From Planctomycetota bacterium (GTDB taxonomy: Bacteria; Planctomycetota; UBA1135): a DNA stretch of 64,000 bases. Below, one piece after another: positions 16,821 to 25,980 of this stretch (positions are counted from its first letter, which is position 1; each line of letters opens with the position of its first letter). The stretch is from assembly GCA_027623295.1 (NCBI GenBank), contig JAQBXR010000006.1, positions 26,975 through 90,974 on the forward strand, read 5' to 3'. The notes below the pieces were generated by a model. That model ran no database searches. It worked only from the letters and a program-made list of their open reading frames with translations, and was not told the DNA's origin. The translations under genes were made by a program, and so were the position numbers.

Positions 16821-17938
16821 GCGTAACCCCGCATGGCCAAACCAAGTGGAATGCACCATAAGTGTTGCTCTTCAAGCACGTGTTGAGGAGCGGTAATGCC
16901 AAGCGCGGTGAAGGGCTCGGCGATTTGGGTAGGCAAGCTCAAGGCGTTGCCGAGTGCGGTTTCAACTTCTGGAAGCTTGGCTCCCATGCCGGCGATTTGC
17001 ACGTGTGCCAACTTGGCGCCGCGGTGGCGGTTGGCAAAGTGGCGTAAGCAGGCGCGTACTTCTTGAGCTAAAGCTTCGGCTTCCATGCGCAAGGCGTGGA
17101 CAATTTCCGTGGCATGGCCAACCGCGTTTTCGGTGACGGTTTGCAGTGCTTTACTATTCACCACGCGGGTTTCTTCCTGGGGAGCATCAGATGCCAGAAG
17201 AAGCTCGGAGAGAGCACTTGGGTCAGGTGCATTGAAACGGTTCAATGCTTTTTCCAAAGTGTTGAGTAAGCGTTCTCCGTTCAACTGCATGGGTTTCAAG
17301 AAACGCAGTTGCCCATTCTGTACGATTCCAAAAATAGAATGCCCAAAGCCGAGGTGGAGGAAGCCCCAAGGGTCTTCCATGTTTGGCTGAGTGGCAGCCA
17401 TGGTGCGGGCGAGTGGGAAGGCAGAGACTTCTAAACTCACGGGCCGCATGCGCAAGGTTTCGATCGCGGTTATGCAGCGGCGCATTTCCGATTGGCCAAG
17501 TGCGAGAAGCAAGAGCTCTTCACGGGTGGCATCGGCAGGATCGTCGTCGGTGTTCGACAACGGCATGTAGCGATAAATCACCCCTTCGGGATCCTGAATC
17601 GAACGCATGGCGGTCTCTTTCAGGGTTTGGCTGAGGCGGCTTCGGCTATGCGGGTCAACTGGAACTAAAGACACGGCGACTTCATCGCTTGTGACGCTAA
17701 TAAGACAGTCCTTGCCGCGCAGTTTGAGGTCTTTCAGCCGTGGGGCCAGCGCTTCGACTGCCGCGTTGTGACGGGAGCCTCCAGCGCCTTCCAGTACTTC
17801 TGCTGCTCGAACAGACCATCCGCCAGGGCCTCCATTTAACTGAAGGAGTCGGGTGTCCAGGGAGCCAAAGTGCATTGCGATTGGCGAGTGTCGTGTGACG
17901 AGTTTCAAGGTATGTTTTCCTAGGGATCGCCACTTCAT
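16817..17938 (-). CDS. pilM: PilM-like actin-fold assembly ATPase
   Basis: About 370 aa, soluble. IAMHFGSLDTRLLQLNG start and GMGAKLPEVETALGNALSLPTQIAEPF C-terminal region are typical of PilM. Located at the head of a pilMNOP-secretin order. Confidence 0.7.
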   Translation of the reverse strand: MKWRSLGKHTLKLVTRHSPIAMHFGSLDTRLLQLNGGPGGWSVRAAEVLEGAGGSRHNAAVEALAPRLKDLKLRGKDCLISVTSDEVAVSLVPVDPHSRSRLSQTLKETAMRSIQDPEGVIYRYMPLSNTDDDPADATREELLLLALGQSEMRRCITAIETLRMRPVSLEVSAFPLARTMAATQPNMEDPWGFLHLGFGHSIFGIVQNGQLRFLKPMQLNGERLLNTLEKALNRFNAPDPSALSELLLASDAPQEETRVVNSKALQTVTENAVGHATEIVHALRMEAEALAQEVRACLRHFANRHRGAKLAHVQIAGMGAKLPEVETALGNALSLPTQIAEPFTALGITAPQHVLEEQHLWCIPLGLAMRGYA

Positions 17939-18056
17939 CGGCTATGTAAGCGGCTAAGCTTTAATAGGATGTTGCTTTAAAGTAGGGCGATGCATGTCGC
18001 GATGAAAACCAACACAGCTAGCAGTGCCTGAGGCGGACGTTCTTCGTAGGGATCCA

Positions 18057-18608
18057 TTACAGGTCGTAAATGGCTTCGCCTTCGGAGGTGCTCTCAGAGC
18101 AATTGATCTTGAATGCACCAGTATCAGCCCAGTAGATCCAGCCGGTGCTGTCATCTGGGGTGGAGAAACTGCCGCCGGGAGCAATCACCATGACCGTGGC
18201 GAGATCGTTAAACGGGCTCGCAGGAAGGGGTTCCGTCAGATAGGGGCCGAAGGGATATCCGGCAGTGCCTTGTGCGGCAGTAGCGCCGTCGATATCGCTT
18301 GCCATACGAAGCTGGTTCTCGAAAGTAGAGGCTGACCAGACGTCGGAAACCTCACCTGGGAATTCATCTCGGTGCTGGAGATTGTAAAAATCAACTCCGG
18401 TGCGTACGCGAGAAAGCATGGACTGGGCCGATGCCACCTCGGCGTCGCCAATGGTGTCAGAAAAAGCAGGTACGGCCATTCCGGCAAGCATGAGCAAGAT
18501 GCTTGCGGTGATGGCGATTTCCATCAAAGTGAAGCCGCGTTGTTTCCGGTGGTTTGCCTTCATTAGGTCAGAGGGAGGTGCGAAACCTCCATGACCTTTA
18601 ACGGGCAT
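18057..18608 (-). CDS. Major prepilin/pseudopilin (GspG/PilA-like)
   Basis: KQRGFTLMEIAITASILLMLAGMAVPAF class III signal with Glu5. ATG 18608 has AGGAAG 7 nt upstream. The alternative start MKANHRKQRG (18563) would give a canonical 10-aa leader. Confidence 0.85.
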   Translation of the reverse strand: MPVKGHGGFAPPSDLMKANHRKQRGFTLMEIAITASILLMLAGMAVPAFSDTIGDAEVASAQSMLSRVRTGVDFYNLQHRDEFPGEVSDVWSASTFENQLRMASDIDGATAAQGTAGYPFGPYLTEPLPASPFNDLATVMVIAPGGSFSTPDDSTGWIYWADTGAFKINCSESTSEGEAIYDL

Positions 18609-18629
18609 ATTCCGGCTTCCTAAATCGGA

Positions 18630-19823
18630 TTACGGTAAAAACTTATGAATCTGCTTCATCTTTACGGGCAGGTATTCCTCAATCACGAAATTGAGTCCCC
18701 ACTTCGCGAACGCCTGCTGCTCGGCACGCACACCCATCTTCAGCATTTGCTTCAGGGCAGCCTTCCATTTCGGATAGGCCTGAAAGAATGGATCGTTTTT
18801 GAGCGCATCTTTGGCGCGCTTAATGTCCACCGGCAGTAGCGGGTGGGTGGCATCTTCAAGGCCAAAGTCGATGATGTCTTGCGGGGTCACGCCTAGATAG
18901 TGGGCTGTGGGCACACAGAAGGTCTCGTTGACGTGCGCAGCCTGGCCCGAACCCACCTTGAGCGTGCGGTAAATGTTGCAGATGCCGTAAGGATCACAGT
19001 CAACAAAGGCGAAGACCGGAAGTTTTAGGCCGTCCGCAATGCGCCGCACGAAACGCCGTGTTGCGCGGGTTGGGACGCCGCCCATCTCCACCAGAATGCA
19101 GTTGGCGGTGCGCCAGTAGCGGTGGTGGTTGAGGCGCTGAAACATACCGCCAGTTTCAATGGCAAGGACAAAGTCGGCTGTGGTCTCAAAACCAAGATGG
19201 TCGACGGAACTTGGTACGGTGTAAGCGCCGGAGCCCATGGCCGCACAATCGGAGCGAATCGCTTCACCGGTTTCCGGGTCGCGGTCGATGACCGTGAGGG
19301 CGCCTACTACCGAACCGCCATGCTCTTCAGGTACAAAGCGGAGGATCTCGCGGGTGACGTCTTTGACCGAGAACATGCCCTCGATGTCATCTAAAACCAT
19401 ATCCGATTCACGCTGTTCGTTGAACTTGGCATCGCCCCAGTTCTTGGAAACGTAATACGCCTCTCGTTTGGTCGCGAAGTCGTCGTCGCCCACCATGTCC
19501 TTGGCGAGCGACATGAGGCGCAAGGTTTGGGCGAAGGTTTTGACCGAGTTGACGTCTAGAGTTCGGGTCTTCATGTTGCCTTTCAGCTCGAAGTAACCCA
19601 TCTTCGGATCGTAAGTCACGTTAGCCAAGTTGCGCTGCGGCATGGTCATGTCAGGCAAAATTCCTTTGCTCGCCGTACGGTAGACGTCCGTGGCCACTTC
19701 TTGAATCGATTGCAAGGCCACCGACTTCAGATCCTTATTGCCTTTCTTCTCATAAGGGCCTACGGTGCGCTTCACACCCTTCTTAGCGGTGATTTTCTTG
19801 ACTACTTTTTTCTTTGCTGCCAT
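18630..19823 (-). CDS. top6A: DNA topoisomerase VI subunit A (Spo11-like)
   Basis: KREAYYVSKNWGDAKF (catalytic Tyr region). Toprim acidic residues in LAIETGGMF and FAFVDCDPYGICNIY. Size 397 aa. Confidence 0.9.
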   Translation of the reverse strand: MAAKKKVVKKITAKKGVKRTVGPYEKKGNKDLKSVALQSIQEVATDVYRTASKGILPDMTMPQRNLANVTYDPKMGYFELKGNMKTRTLDVNSVKTFAQTLRLMSLAKDMVGDDDFATKREAYYVSKNWGDAKFNEQRESDMVLDDIEGMFSVKDVTREILRFVPEEHGGSVVGALTVIDRDPETGEAIRSDCAAMGSGAYTVPSSVDHLGFETTADFVLAIETGGMFQRLNHHRYWRTANCILVEMGGVPTRATRRFVRRIADGLKLPVFAFVDCDPYGICNIYRTLKVGSGQAAHVNETFCVPTAHYLGVTPQDIIDFGLEDATHPLLPVDIKRAKDALKNDPFFQAYPKWKAALKQMLKMGVRAEQQAFAKWGLNFVIEEYLPVKMKQIHKFLP

Positions 19824-19833
19824 CGGTTAAATC

Positions 19834-21483
19834 CTAAATCTTACGCGTGGTTTCCATGGTGTCGCGCAAGGCCTCAACGACCTCTTCACGATCTTCCATA
19901 CTTAAACCGAGGATCTCCTGAAGACCAATCCCCACATGCGGCAGGTACTTTTCAATGTAACTCCGCTTTTGAAATTCCGACGACACTTTCTTGCCGCGGC
20001 GAATGTGTACCCCTAACTTGCGTCCGACTTCCTGCAGGGCCAATTTGACCTCTTTCAGAATCTCTGGATATTGCGCAATCGCTTCCTTAGCTTCCGATGT
20101 AAACGGTACCCACACACTGGCCATGTGGATGAAAATCACCGCAGACCCAATCGGCAAGGAGCTTTTTGATTGGCTCAAACCGTAGTTCTTCCATGAGGTC
20201 TGCATGACTGCCTTGGTGAAACCACATCCGGCTTGTTGGAACAAAAGCGGCACGCGATTTGCGAAGCGCAAAATTCGCACTGTGTCATCGGCATTGCCGA
20301 GTAGGTCCTCGGTGTCGGTGGTGCGCTTCTTCTTCTTTTTCTCAATGCGGCCTTTCTCATCGACCTCCAGCTGATCACCACCGGGCTTACCCCAGGCAAT
20401 GCCCACTTCAATCTGGAAAGGGTTACCGCGATAAACCGAAGGCGGGCGCGTGCTGACGGCATAAAAATCGGCATCGCATTCCTTCATCAAGCCTTCCGTA
20501 ATCCGTTCCTCGCCAATTGGCGACAAACAAGTGGTCGGGGGCGCTGAAATCTTGGACTTTTGAATCGCACGGTAAAGGTTGTTGGCCTCTTCCCGTGCAA
20601 TCCGACTTGGGTAAGAACGTTCGCCAAGATTGGCGGCCTTAATAATGTCTTTGGCAACCTTGGGCCCAACCCGGCAGAACTCTTCCTGCAAGAAGCTACT
20701 CAACCAACGCGAGTTGGTGTTGCGCAACATCTTCATGAGTTCCCCAAGCTCCACTCCATAAGGGTGTGGTTTGATTTCTTCAGCAAGATCAGGGACTTCC
20801 GTCACCGCGCGTTCATAAATATGCTCCTCGGTCATTCCGGGCGCACGAAATCGAATCAAGGCATGCGGATTCGACACAGCCGTCTGCTTGATGTAATCAT
20901 CGACCGAACGTAAACCGCGCTGATAGGTCGCCTCAATATCAATCTCAAAGCGAGTGCCTTGCTTGCGGTGCCAATCCTTATGCTCCTCATCTTTGGTGAT
21001 CAGTGCTTTGTTCTTGGTGAGATCCATTTGCATCTCAAACTGATGCATTTTACCGCGTTCGGTTTTAGACCAAATCCGTGGACCTTTGCCGCAGGTCATC
21101 TGACCGTACAAACCAGCCGCTGAAATACCGATGCCCTGTTGGCCGCGCGATTGGCGTCGGCTATGGAACTTCGAACCGTAAAGCAGCTTGCCAAAGATGT
21201 TCGGAATCTGCGCTTTCACAATGCCAGGACCGTTGTCTTCAATCGCTACGCGGAAACGGTCTTCCTCCAGTTGATCGATCTCGACCAGAATTTCCGGGAG
21301 AATGCCAGCCTCTTCGCAGGCATCGAGCGAATTGTCGACGGCCTCCTTAATAGTGGTAAGGAGCGCTTTACGCGGATTATCGAAGCCGAGGAGGTGCCGG
21401 TTCTTGGCGAAAAACTCGGAGACCGAGATTTCGCGCTGGGTGTCAGCCATTTGCTCAGCAGTGAGATGTGCCTTTTTTGCCAC
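19834..21483 (-). CDS. top6B: DNA topoisomerase VI subunit B (GHKL ATPase)
   Basis: [40 protein letters not shown] (N box), IEDNGPGI (G1), [10 protein letters not shown] (G2), plus a transducer domain. 10-nt gap to top6A. Confidence 0.9.
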   Translation of the reverse strand: MAKKAHLTAEQMADTQREISVSEFFAKNRHLLGFDNPRKALLTTIKEAVDNSLDACEEAGILPEILVEIDQLEEDRFRVAIEDNGPGIVKAQIPNIFGKLLYGSKFHSRRQSRGQQGIGISAAGLYGQMTCGKGPRIWSKTERGKMHQFEMQMDLTKNKALITKDEEHKDWHRKQGTRFEIDIEATYQRGLRSVDDYIKQTAVSNPHALIRFRAPGMTEEHIYERAVTEVPDLAEEIKPHPYGVELGELMKMLRNTNSRWLSSFLQEEFCRVGPKVAKDIIKAANLGERSYPSRIAREEANNLYRAIQKSKISAPPTTCLSPIGEERITEGLMKECDADFYAVSTRPPSVYRGNPFQIEVGIAWGKPGGDQLEVDEKGRIEKKKKKRTTDTEDLLGNADDTVRILRFANRVPLLFQQAGCGFTKAVMQTSWKNYGLSQSKSSLPIGSAVIFIHMASVWVPFTSEAKEAIAQYPEILKEVKLALQEVGRKLGVHIRRGKKVSSEFQKRSYIEKYLPHVGIGLQEILGLSMEDREEVVEALRDTMETTRKI

Positions 21484-21712
21484 GATTGCCTTTCAGGATG
21501 CGGAATTGGGGGCAGAGGTCGACGTCGGGGAACGCCGCCTGGGGCCCAGAATGGCAGTTTGGCGACTTCGAACCCAGATTTCTACCCACAAGCCGATTGA
21601 GGTGCAGAGAAAGTTGGCCGTAAATGGGATAATGGAGAGTACTTGATTTTTATAGAGCATACGTAAAGTATTTCATTGAAGCTGTTTGTGAAAATACTAT
21701 TTCCTATTGAAC

Positions 21713-21736
21713 TAAATGCGACTTCCTTGCCGATAG
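21713..21736 (+). promoter_or_regulatory. Sigma-28-like promoter element upstream of the sigma-28-type gene (non-canonical spacing)
   Basis: TAAA (21713-21716), 12 nt, then GCCGATAG (21729-21736), 37 nt upstream of the ATG at 21773. The consensus is TAAA-N15-GCCGATAA, so the -10 matches 7 of 8 but the spacer is 3 nt short. Confidence 0.25.
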
Positions 21737-21772
21737 GTCTTTCAGGCAACCTTCCTCTGCTCATCCACCCCG

Positions 21773-22396
21773 ATGCCAAACAGCCAAAACCCCAACCCTA
21801 TCTCCACTGTTCACGGAGAGCCCACCTCCAAGTACGAGGCCGAGATCGACCAGTGGCGCCACCTTGTGTGGTACGTCGTCAACCGTATTAAGGCACGTCT
21901 CCCGGTCAGCGTTTCCGAAGATGAGCTCTACGCGGCCGGCATGTACGGCCTAATGCGCGCAGCTCGTTCCTATGACCCGACAAAAGGTGCAGGTTTCAAG
22001 ACTTATGCTTATCACCGCATTCGCGGCTCGATCCTAGATGACCTGCGCCGTTTGGATTTTCTTCCTCGTTCGATGCGGGATCGTGCGCGCCAGAATGGGG
22101 AAGCGGCTCCCTCCTTGGTCGGGATCCCTACCGATGAAGATGGCCACGAGAGTCTGGCCGCTGAGCAGGCCTCGGCAGAATCGGAAGGCTCCGACATGCA
22201 CGACGTCCTGCACCGTGAAATCGACGCTCTCCCGGACAAAATGCGCATCGTGATGTCGATGTACTACCGAGAAGAGATGAATATGCGCGAGATTGGCGAG
22301 AAGCTGAATCTAACCGAGTCGCGCGTGAGTCAGATTCACTCCAACGCGGTGAGCCGTCTGCGGCGCGTGATGCGCTCGGCTGGCGGCGAAATCTAA
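21773..22396 (+). CDS. Sigma-70 family sigma factor, FliA/WhiG (sigma-28) type
   Basis: Region 2: GMYGLMRAARSYDPTKGAGFKTYAYHRIRGSILDDLRRLDFLPRS. Region 4: MSMYYREEMNMREIGEKLNLTESRVSQIHSNAVSRLR. Confidence 0.85.
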   Translation: MPNSQNPNPISTVHGEPTSKYEAEIDQWRHLVWYVVNRIKARLPVSVSEDELYAAGMYGLMRAARSYDPTKGAGFKTYAYHRIRGSILDDLRRLDFLPRSMRDRARQNGEAAPSLVGIPTDEDGHESLAAEQASAESEGSDMHDVLHREIDALPDKMRIVMSMYYREEMNMREIGEKLNLTESRVSQIHSNAVSRLRRVMRSAGGEI

Positions 22397-22420
22397 AGCC
22401 TGGCGCGGTAGGATGGGTTG

Positions 22421-24724
22421 ATGCGGCCAACCGCCGTCAAACCTTTCCTACCTAAACTCCAACGTAAGCTCGGCCTTGGTCTAGCACTTACGCTTTCTGG
22501 AGCTCCGGGGCTCTTCGCGCAAGAGCCCCTTCCGACGCATCTGCCCACCGAGAGTCCGCGCACCGTTGCGTATGAAATGGACGTCGCTCTGGCGGAAGAT
22601 GGCCATACGATTTCTGGACAACTCAAGGTCACTTGGGTGAACCAGACATCGTCGCCCACCGATGAGTTGTATTGGCATGTTTACAACAATGCGTGGGAGG
22701 GCCCGCAATCTGCATGGTTAACCGAAGCCCGCATGAAGGGCGATGACACCATGCCGCGTGAGTTTGGCCACACCGAAGTGGAATGGGCGCATTTCCTGGG
22801 CATCACCAATCCAGAAGGTGAAGTCATTGGGGAAGGCAATCTCGATTTAGATTTCGAGTATTTGCCGCAACCCGGTGCGCCACTCGATCGCACCGTCGCC
22901 CGCGTGAAGTTGCCGCGTAAGGTTTTGCCGCAACACGCGGTCACCGTAGAGCTGCATTTTACCGCCACCATGCCGCGTGCTTTCCGCCGCAGTGGCTTTG
23001 GCGGAGAGGGATATTTGCATGCCGTGCAATGGTTTCCCAAGTTAGGCGTCTTTGAAAAGGTTGGCGGAGAAACCAGTTGGAACTGCCCGCCGTACCGCTA
23101 TCTAGTTGAGTTTTACGCGGACTATGGAAGCTACAAAGTTAACCTTACGTTGCCTGCGCGTTACGAAAACCATTTTGTAACCAGTGGTTCCATTCTGGGG
23201 ACCGGTGCTGCGCACAATGAAAGTGGCACCATTACCTACTTCACCGAAGCGCAAGACATTCACGATTATGCATGGACCGTCGATCCGGAAGCGAGAGTCA
23301 TCGAACGTGAGTTTCGTGCTGAAATGTATCGCGATGAAGAGGAAGAGCAAAAGGTAGCTCGCGCATTGGGCCGGTCGGTTGAAATGGTCCGGCCATCGCC
23401 CACCAAAATGATTCTGATGTTGCAGCCAGAGCATGCAGATCTAGAAGAGCGCTACTTCGATGCCCTCGGCAAGGCGATTTACTATTTTGGTTTGTGGTAT
23501 GGCAGTTATCCGTACCCAACGATTTCGTGTGTGGACCCAGCCAACGATGCTCGCGCCACTGGAGGCATGGAGTACCCGCGCTTGATTACCGGAGGCGCGA
23601 GTCTCGGTGTTGCGGAAACAACCTTGCGCCCACAAGGCGTGACCGTGCATGAGTTCGGGCATCAGTTTTGGTATGGCTTAGTTGGGAACGATGAATTCCG
23701 CCATGCGTGGATGGACGAAGGTTTCAACACCTTCAGTACCAAGCGCATTATGAACAAGGCCTTCCCAGCGCAACTCGACACTTACTCGGTTTTTGGTACG
23801 GAGTATGTAGGCCATGCACCATTGCCCATGCCGAGTTATGAAAGTGGCGATTCGCGTGGATTCCTGAGTTTGGAGCAATGGGAGTCACCTGATTTAGGTT
23901 TTGTTCCCGACGTTTCTTTGGCTTTGCGTAAGCACGATTCGCTCGGACGGTTCTTAGCTGAGTTGCCGCCGGTCACTTATTTCCCGAAGGTGAGTCATGA
24001 CAGTGTGCTAGACGAACGTGAGAAGTTTCGCGTGGCATGGGGGCAGCCTCTGCAGCACCCAACGATGGATTTGCAGGACACCATGCAGCGGCGCATCAAT
24101 GCTTATTATCGCCCAGCCCTGACTCTGGAAACCATGGCGCGTTTAATGGGGGAGGAGCGTTGGACCCGTGTGTTGCGTGCCTACCACGAGCGTTTTCGCT
24201 TTCAGCACCCGCAACCGGAGGACTTCTTGCGTACGGTGCAAGAGTTCGGGCACGGCGCGAGTCTAAAAGGCGAGAATCAAAGCGTGACGATGGATTGGGC
24301 GAACTTCTGGGAGCATGCTTATGTGGGCAATGCACCTATGGATTTCAAAGTGCATCACCTGACCAGCATTCCAAGTATGCAGACTGGACAAACGAGCGGC
24401 GCCCCGCAGTTTGATGTAGAGATTGGCATTACGCGGTCCACCGATTTTGCGGTGCCGGTCGAAGTGCGCGTGACTTGGGAAGACGGTAGCGCCACCGACT
24501 TAGTTTGGGCCGGTAATGATTGGGTGTGGACTTATCAGTGGAGCAAACATCCCATGCCGGCGGCAAAAGTGGAAATTGATCCACGGCGTCGTCTTCTCTT
24601 GGATCGAGATTGGAGTAACAACACCTTTACCCGCGAACCGCATTCCGAGAATGCATGGCATGTGGGTGTGCAAACCATGTTGTGGGCGCAGCAAGTGCTG
24701 CAGTACTTTGGAGGAGTCGGCTAG
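22421..24724 (+). CDS. Secreted M1-family (gluzincin) metallopeptidase
   Basis: VHEFGHQFWYGLVGNDEFRHAWMDEGFNTF is HExxH-x18-E. Signal peptide (LALTLSGAPGLFAQE). ATG 22421 preferred over TTG 22418. Confidence 0.85.
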   Translation: MRPTAVKPFLPKLQRKLGLGLALTLSGAPGLFAQEPLPTHLPTESPRTVAYEMDVALAEDGHTISGQLKVTWVNQTSSPTDELYWHVYNNAWEGPQSAWLTEARMKGDDTMPREFGHTEVEWAHFLGITNPEGEVIGEGNLDLDFEYLPQPGAPLDRTVARVKLPRKVLPQHAVTVELHFTATMPRAFRRSGFGGEGYLHAVQWFPKLGVFEKVGGETSWNCPPYRYLVEFYADYGSYKVNLTLPARYENHFVTSGSILGTGAAHNESGTITYFTEAQDIHDYAWTVDPEARVIEREFRAEMYRDEEEEQKVARALGRSVEMVRPSPTKMILMLQPEHADLEERYFDALGKAIYYFGLWYGSYPYPTISCVDPANDARATGGMEYPRLITGGASLGVAETTLRPQGVTVHEFGHQFWYGLVGNDEFRHAWMDEGFNTFSTKRIMNKAFPAQLDTYSVFGTEYVGHAPLPMPSYESGDSRGFLSLEQWESPDLGFVPDVSLALRKHDSLGRFLAELPPVTYFPKVSHDSVLDEREKFRVAWGQPLQHPTMDLQDTMQRRINAYYRPALTLETMARLMGEERWTRVLRAYHERFRFQHPQPEDFLRTVQEFGHGASLKGENQSVTMDWANFWEHAYVGNAPMDFKVHHLTSIPSMQTGQTSGAPQFDVEIGITRSTDFAVPVEVRVTWEDGSATDLVWAGNDWVWTYQWSKHPMPAAKVEIDPRRRLLLDRDWSNNTFTREPHSENAWHVGVQTMLWAQQVLQYFGGVG

Positions 24725-24727
24725 AAG

Positions 24728-25801
24728 ATGTCCAAAGAAAACACCTCCCACGCGGAATCAGCACCGTTCAACATGCCCACCACCATGGTGGTCGATGCCT
24801 TCCCCGTGCGCGACCCTGCACGGCGCGAGGCGAAAGATCTTGCTCCACGCGAGCGTTCAATCGGAAGTCATTTGGCCGGCGGGGTCTGGGCAGCCCTAGC
24901 GCGCCCACGTTTACTCTTGTTCCTGATGGGCGTCAGCCTGGTGCTTCCACTGGTGGTTGCGCTACCTGCCTTCTTTGCCGCAGACCAACACCTCAGTAAC
25001 TTTGAAGCCATTCCCGGTGGTACACCCATCGATTTGCCTACGGTTGCTCCCGCATGGATATTCGAAGAATGGTTTCGCGCTGCACCGACCGAGCGCAACC
25101 TTATTGCACAATCGCTGGCGCCCTTATTAATCCTGGCCAGCCTATTCAATTTGGTCATCACAGCCGGGTGGATGCGCAACGCCCTGTTAAAGCGTCGGCG
25201 TCATTCGCTACGCACTTTTCTGCAATGCGGTGGCCATTTCTTCTTCCCGTTTTTGCGCACTTGGATTCTTGCGCTGCCCATGTTCGCATGCATTACATGG
25301 ATTTTTTGGGGCACACCGGCGGAGTGGCTTTTCGAACGTATGCTGCCCGAGGGCGATGCCAGTCAAGCCGCCAGTGAACAAACCGGACGATGGCTCGAAA
25401 CTCTGCGTCAAGTGCTCTTCCTCATCGCCTTATGGAAGACTGAAATCCTGCTCGACCTTGCTCGCGCATCGATGATCTGCGGCAACCGACGCTCTGCCTT
25501 GGTCGCGATTGGCCGCGGCATTGGATTCTTCCTGCGTAGTCCATGGCAGGTCTTCGGCCTTATGAGTTTAGGTTTTGCCCTCGAACTGTTCTGGATTGCC
25601 GGCGCCAAAGCGGTGCAAGAGTTGGCTGGCTGGCCCATGTGGACCCTACTCCTCATCTTGCCCTTTGGCCGCATCGTCTTCCGCGGCGCCCGCTATGTAA
25701 GTTTAGCTAGCTTTTACGCAGCGAAAACGCATGACAGTTCCGCAGCCGAAGAATCGCGAGAAGCTCAGGACGAGGGCGATTTCCCCGATATGGCGTTTTA
25801 G
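24728..25801 (+). CDS. Polytopic membrane protein of unknown function
   Basis: At least 6 hydrophobic helices and no recognisable motif. Starts 3 nt after the peptidase stop. Confidence 0.55.
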   Translation: MSKENTSHAESAPFNMPTTMVVDAFPVRDPARREAKDLAPRERSIGSHLAGGVWAALARPRLLLFLMGVSLVLPLVVALPAFFAADQHLSNFEAIPGGTPIDLPTVAPAWIFEEWFRAAPTERNLIAQSLAPLLILASLFNLVITAGWMRNALLKRRRHSLRTFLQCGGHFFFPFLRTWILALPMFACITWIFWGTPAEWLFERMLPEGDASQAASEQTGRWLETLRQVLFLIALWKTEILLDLARASMICGNRRSALVAIGRGIGFFLRSPWQVFGLMSLGFALELFWIAGAKAVQELAGWPMWTLLLILPFGRIVFRGARYVSLASFYAAKTHDSSAAEESREAQDEGDFPDMAF

Positions 25802-25980
25802 ACGGACCGTCGTTTAGGAAGGCTCAACACTTTTTTTGGGTCGAGCCAGGCACACGGAGAAATACAAGCTGGGCAAGCAGGATGCCGGCGACTCCTGCAA
25901 GCCCAGTGCAAGCAGCAGTGACCAAAGTGAAGATAAGAACCCGTACCATTTTTCTGTGTTGCTGCGAAGTGGATCCTATT

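Noticed and set aside
18564-18600. GGAGGT...ACCTCC hairpin upstream of the alternative pilin start (18563), considered as a regulatory element
   Set aside because: It lies inside the ORF if translation starts at 18608, which has the better RBS. The stem is only 6 bp. I cannot distinguish it from chance.
21582-21891. Small ORFs (65 aa minus strand, 71 aa plus strand) in the AT-rich top6B / sigma-factor spacer
   Set aside because: They lie in the divergent promoter region, and one runs out of frame into the sigma-factor gene. Composition and position fit regulatory DNA better than coding DNA.
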